This document shows, piece after piece, positions 34,499 to 36,345 of a stretch of 36,345 nt of DNA (position 1 is its first letter; the number at the start of each line of letters is the position of its first letter). This DNA is from Candidatus Woesearchaeota archaeon (lineage in GTDB: Archaea > Nanobdellota > Nanobdellia > Pacearchaeales > GW2011-AR1), in contig CAYNAV010000004.1 in the NCBI GenBank assembly GCA_964395405.1, positions 1-36,345 on the forward strand. The letters are read 5' to 3'. A program made the position numbers and the translations under genes. Under the pieces are notes generated by a model. That model ran no database searches. It saw only the letters and a list, made by a program, of their open reading frames with translations, and was not told the DNA's origin.

Positions 34499-35078
34499 GA
34501 AAAAAGACAATTTTTTTGTGAGAAATTATCTGGCCTGTTGGAATTTTTTAAAGAAAGCTGAGGAACATGTGGTTATTGCATTTGCTATTTTTTGTGCTTT
34601 TGTGATTATTGGTTTTGCATTGCCGATATGGTTTAATAACGAGATTTTTGATTTAATAAGGAATATGTCTGAGCAGTTTACTGGGCTAAGTTTATTTTGG
34701 ACTATTATCAAAATATTTTTTAATAATATTCAAGCTAGTTTTTTTGCAATTTTTATCGGGATAGGGTTTGGAATTTTTCCCTTGATAACTGCAATAATTA
34801 ATGGTTATGTCGTTGGATTTGTCTCAAGATATGCAGTTAATCAGCAAGGAATTTTTATATTGTGGAAACTTTTGCCTCACGGAATTTTTGAGATTCCAGC
34901 AATAATTCTCTCAATTGGAATTGGTTTCAAGCTTGGATTAGAATTGTTTAAACCGTTTAAGAAGATGAAGTTTAAGTATAATTTTATTGAAGCAATGAGG
35001 TTTTTTGCTTTTGTTGTTTTTCCTTTACTTTTGATTGCTGCAGTTATTGAGGGTTTTTTGGTTTTTTATCTTGGGTAA
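34491..35078 (+). CDS. SpoIIM / DUF95 family membrane protein
   Basis: IFFNN, INGYVVG, LLPHGIFEIPAI and LLIAAVIEG. Confidence 0.93.
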   Translation: MNKKKDNFFVRNYLACWNFLKKAEEHVVIAFAIFCAFVIIGFALPIWFNNEIFDLIRNMSEQFTGLSLFWTIIKIFFNNIQASFFAIFIGIGFGIFPLITAIINGYVVGFVSRYAVNQQGIFILWKLLPHGIFEIPAIILSIGIGFKLGLELFKPFKKMKFKYNFIEAMRFFAFVVFPLLLIAAVIEGFLVFYLG

Positions 35079-35257
35079 AAAACCAAAAAGTGATTTATAC
35101 ATTTTGGTAATGCTAATCTGTTTTTTTAATAAGATTTAGTTTTTAGAATATTCAAACATCAGATTAATCTATTATTAGATAATTTTTTATATTTAATGAA
35201 GTTATCTCTAATAGGTTAGTATTTTGCCTAGAGACTAAAAACGGATTTGATTATATA

Positions 35258-36345
35258 TCATAAAAATTCTTTCAATGATTTTTGTTTTCCATAGTTCTTT
35301 AAAATCCAGGACATTTTTTTATATTTTTGAATTCCGGCTTTTAATCTTAAACTTGAAATTATCAATGCCTGCTCGATTGATTCTGGTTTTTCCATGTTTT
35401 CATTTGATGAAAACATTTTTTTCAGGCTTTCTCTTATTATTCCTACTCCCAAGGGTGCATAATATTCCTGTCTTTCCTCATGAAATACAATGGCTGTTGC
35501 TTGTCTCTTTATTGTTTCGAGGTATTCTGAGACGACAAGTCTGTCAGAGTAATAAGCACCAACGACATTAGAAGCATATTTTTTTCTTGGACTAAATCCT
35601 TCATAATCTTGCATGAATACATCGTTGCTTGCTTTTATTGACTCGTTCCAATTACTTCCTTGCATTGAAACTTCTATGACTTCAAAACTCCATTTCCCTG
35701 GAAGGAGTAGTACCTCAAAGTGATTTCCATTATAATAGTGATGCCAGAGCTGAATTTCATTTAATTCGGGATAGTATCTTATTTTTTCTAGGAGTTGTTT
35801 GCCGATGATATCGTCTACTGCTGTTATTGACCATCTTGTTGGGGTCATTTTTCTTTGTATCTTTACACCTAGGAGGCCAGATGCTAGAAGTTTTTGCAGA
35901 TGGCTTGTTGGAATGTTTGATTTGTAAAGTTCTTGAATTGCGTTGACTGCTTTTATGTCATAATCTGAAGTTAGATAATCTACCTTTTTTTCTACTTTAG
36001 GGTTTTCCTGAAGGATTACTTTTTCAACAGGGGCTGGATTTGACATTATAGAAAATACTTTGCTTGGTGTAAAATTTAAGATAGGTTTCTTTTTTAGTAA
36101 AAATTCTGTTGAAACTGGTTTACTAGATAGAGCTAGTTCTTGAGTAGCTTGTTTTATTTTTGAGTTTGATTTAATGTGGGAGATTGAACGTCCGTAAATT
36201 AAACTGCCTCTTAACTCAAGTATCTGTTCTATGGAGAGATTATTGCTAATCCATTCTTCTGGTGAGGCGAGAATAGTCGCATTGTTAATGTCTTCAACTG
36301 GGGAAAGAATTCCAGAAAAGACATTAGGATAATTGGTTCTTCCTA
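35258..36345 (-). CDS. nreA: Nre-family DNA repair protein (5' partial)
   Basis: The frame stays open upstream of the track start to the window edge (GRTNYPNVFSGILSP...PEEW); RKMTPTRWSITAVDD, YYAPLGVGIIRE and a C-terminal PIP box QKSLKEF. Confidence 0.92.
   Translation of the reverse strand, partial: GRTNYPNVFSGILSPVEDINNATILASPEEWISNNLSIEQILELRGSLIYGRSISHIKSNSKIKQATQELALSSKPVSTEFLLKKKPILNFTPSKVFSIMSNPAPVEKVILQENPKVEKKVDYLTSDYDIKAVNAIQELYKSNIPTSHLQKLLASGLLGVKIQRKMTPTRWSITAVDDIIGKQLLEKIRYYPELNEIQLWHHYYNGNHFEVLLLPGKWSFEVIEVSMQGSNWNESIKASNDVFMQDYEGFSPRKKYASNVVGAYYSDRLVVSEYLETIKRQATAIVFHEERQEYYAPLGVGIIRESLKKMFSSNENMEKPESIEQALIISSLRLKAGIQKYKKMSWILKNYGKQKSLKEFL

Noticed and set aside
35082-35108. 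ACCAAAA...TTTTGGT inverted repeat after the SpoIIM gene
   Set aside because: Weak AT-rich stem that may be part of a terminator between convergent genes; not distinguishable from chance.
3041-35571. Remaining short nested or antisense ORFs in the track (e.g. 3041-3301, 7252-7470, 9131-9376, 12050-12295, 14487-14795, 24952-25242, 29884-30141, 33130-33423, 35275-35571)
   Set aside because: All lie within or opposite well-supported genes and show no recognisable motifs.

Overview
AT-rich archaeal chromosomal segment, most likely from a DPANN lineage such as Pacearchaeota or Woesearchaeota. That placement is inferred from the archaeal information genes (TBP, TFE, eS19, eL39, eL31, ATP-dependent ligase, Nre with a PIP box), TATA boxes about 22-30 nt before many start codons, Lys-rich protein tails and the absence of central metabolic genes. 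Left to right the window holds: a 5'-truncated large surface glycoprotein with a MoxR/DUF58/vWA operon; Cys-rich and His-repeat membrane proteins; a DHH-DHHA1 phosphoesterase next to a bacterial-type DisA diadenylate cyclase, divergent from DNA ligase; TBP flanked by orphan genes; SlyD, NFACT-R, YhbY and a reduced ribosomal protein cluster; AlkD; DUF192; a membrane gene interrupted by an in-frame TAG; tRNA-Glu(CUC) with a 106-nt structured intron; an M29 peptidase; NYN and MBL nucleases; an SGNH hydrolase; AlaRS lacking C-Ala; a tandem-Lrp / radical SAM / receiver-domain / unknown-protein module; TFE; a rhomboid with small TM peptides and SpoIIM; and a truncated Nre gene. The best candidates for an undescribed system are the Lrp-regulated radical SAM plus orphan receiver operon (27783-31601) and the possible c-di-AMP make/break pair (9100-11214). 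No CRISPR array, rRNA, transposase or integrase was seen. All family calls come from reading motifs by eye; no database search was run.
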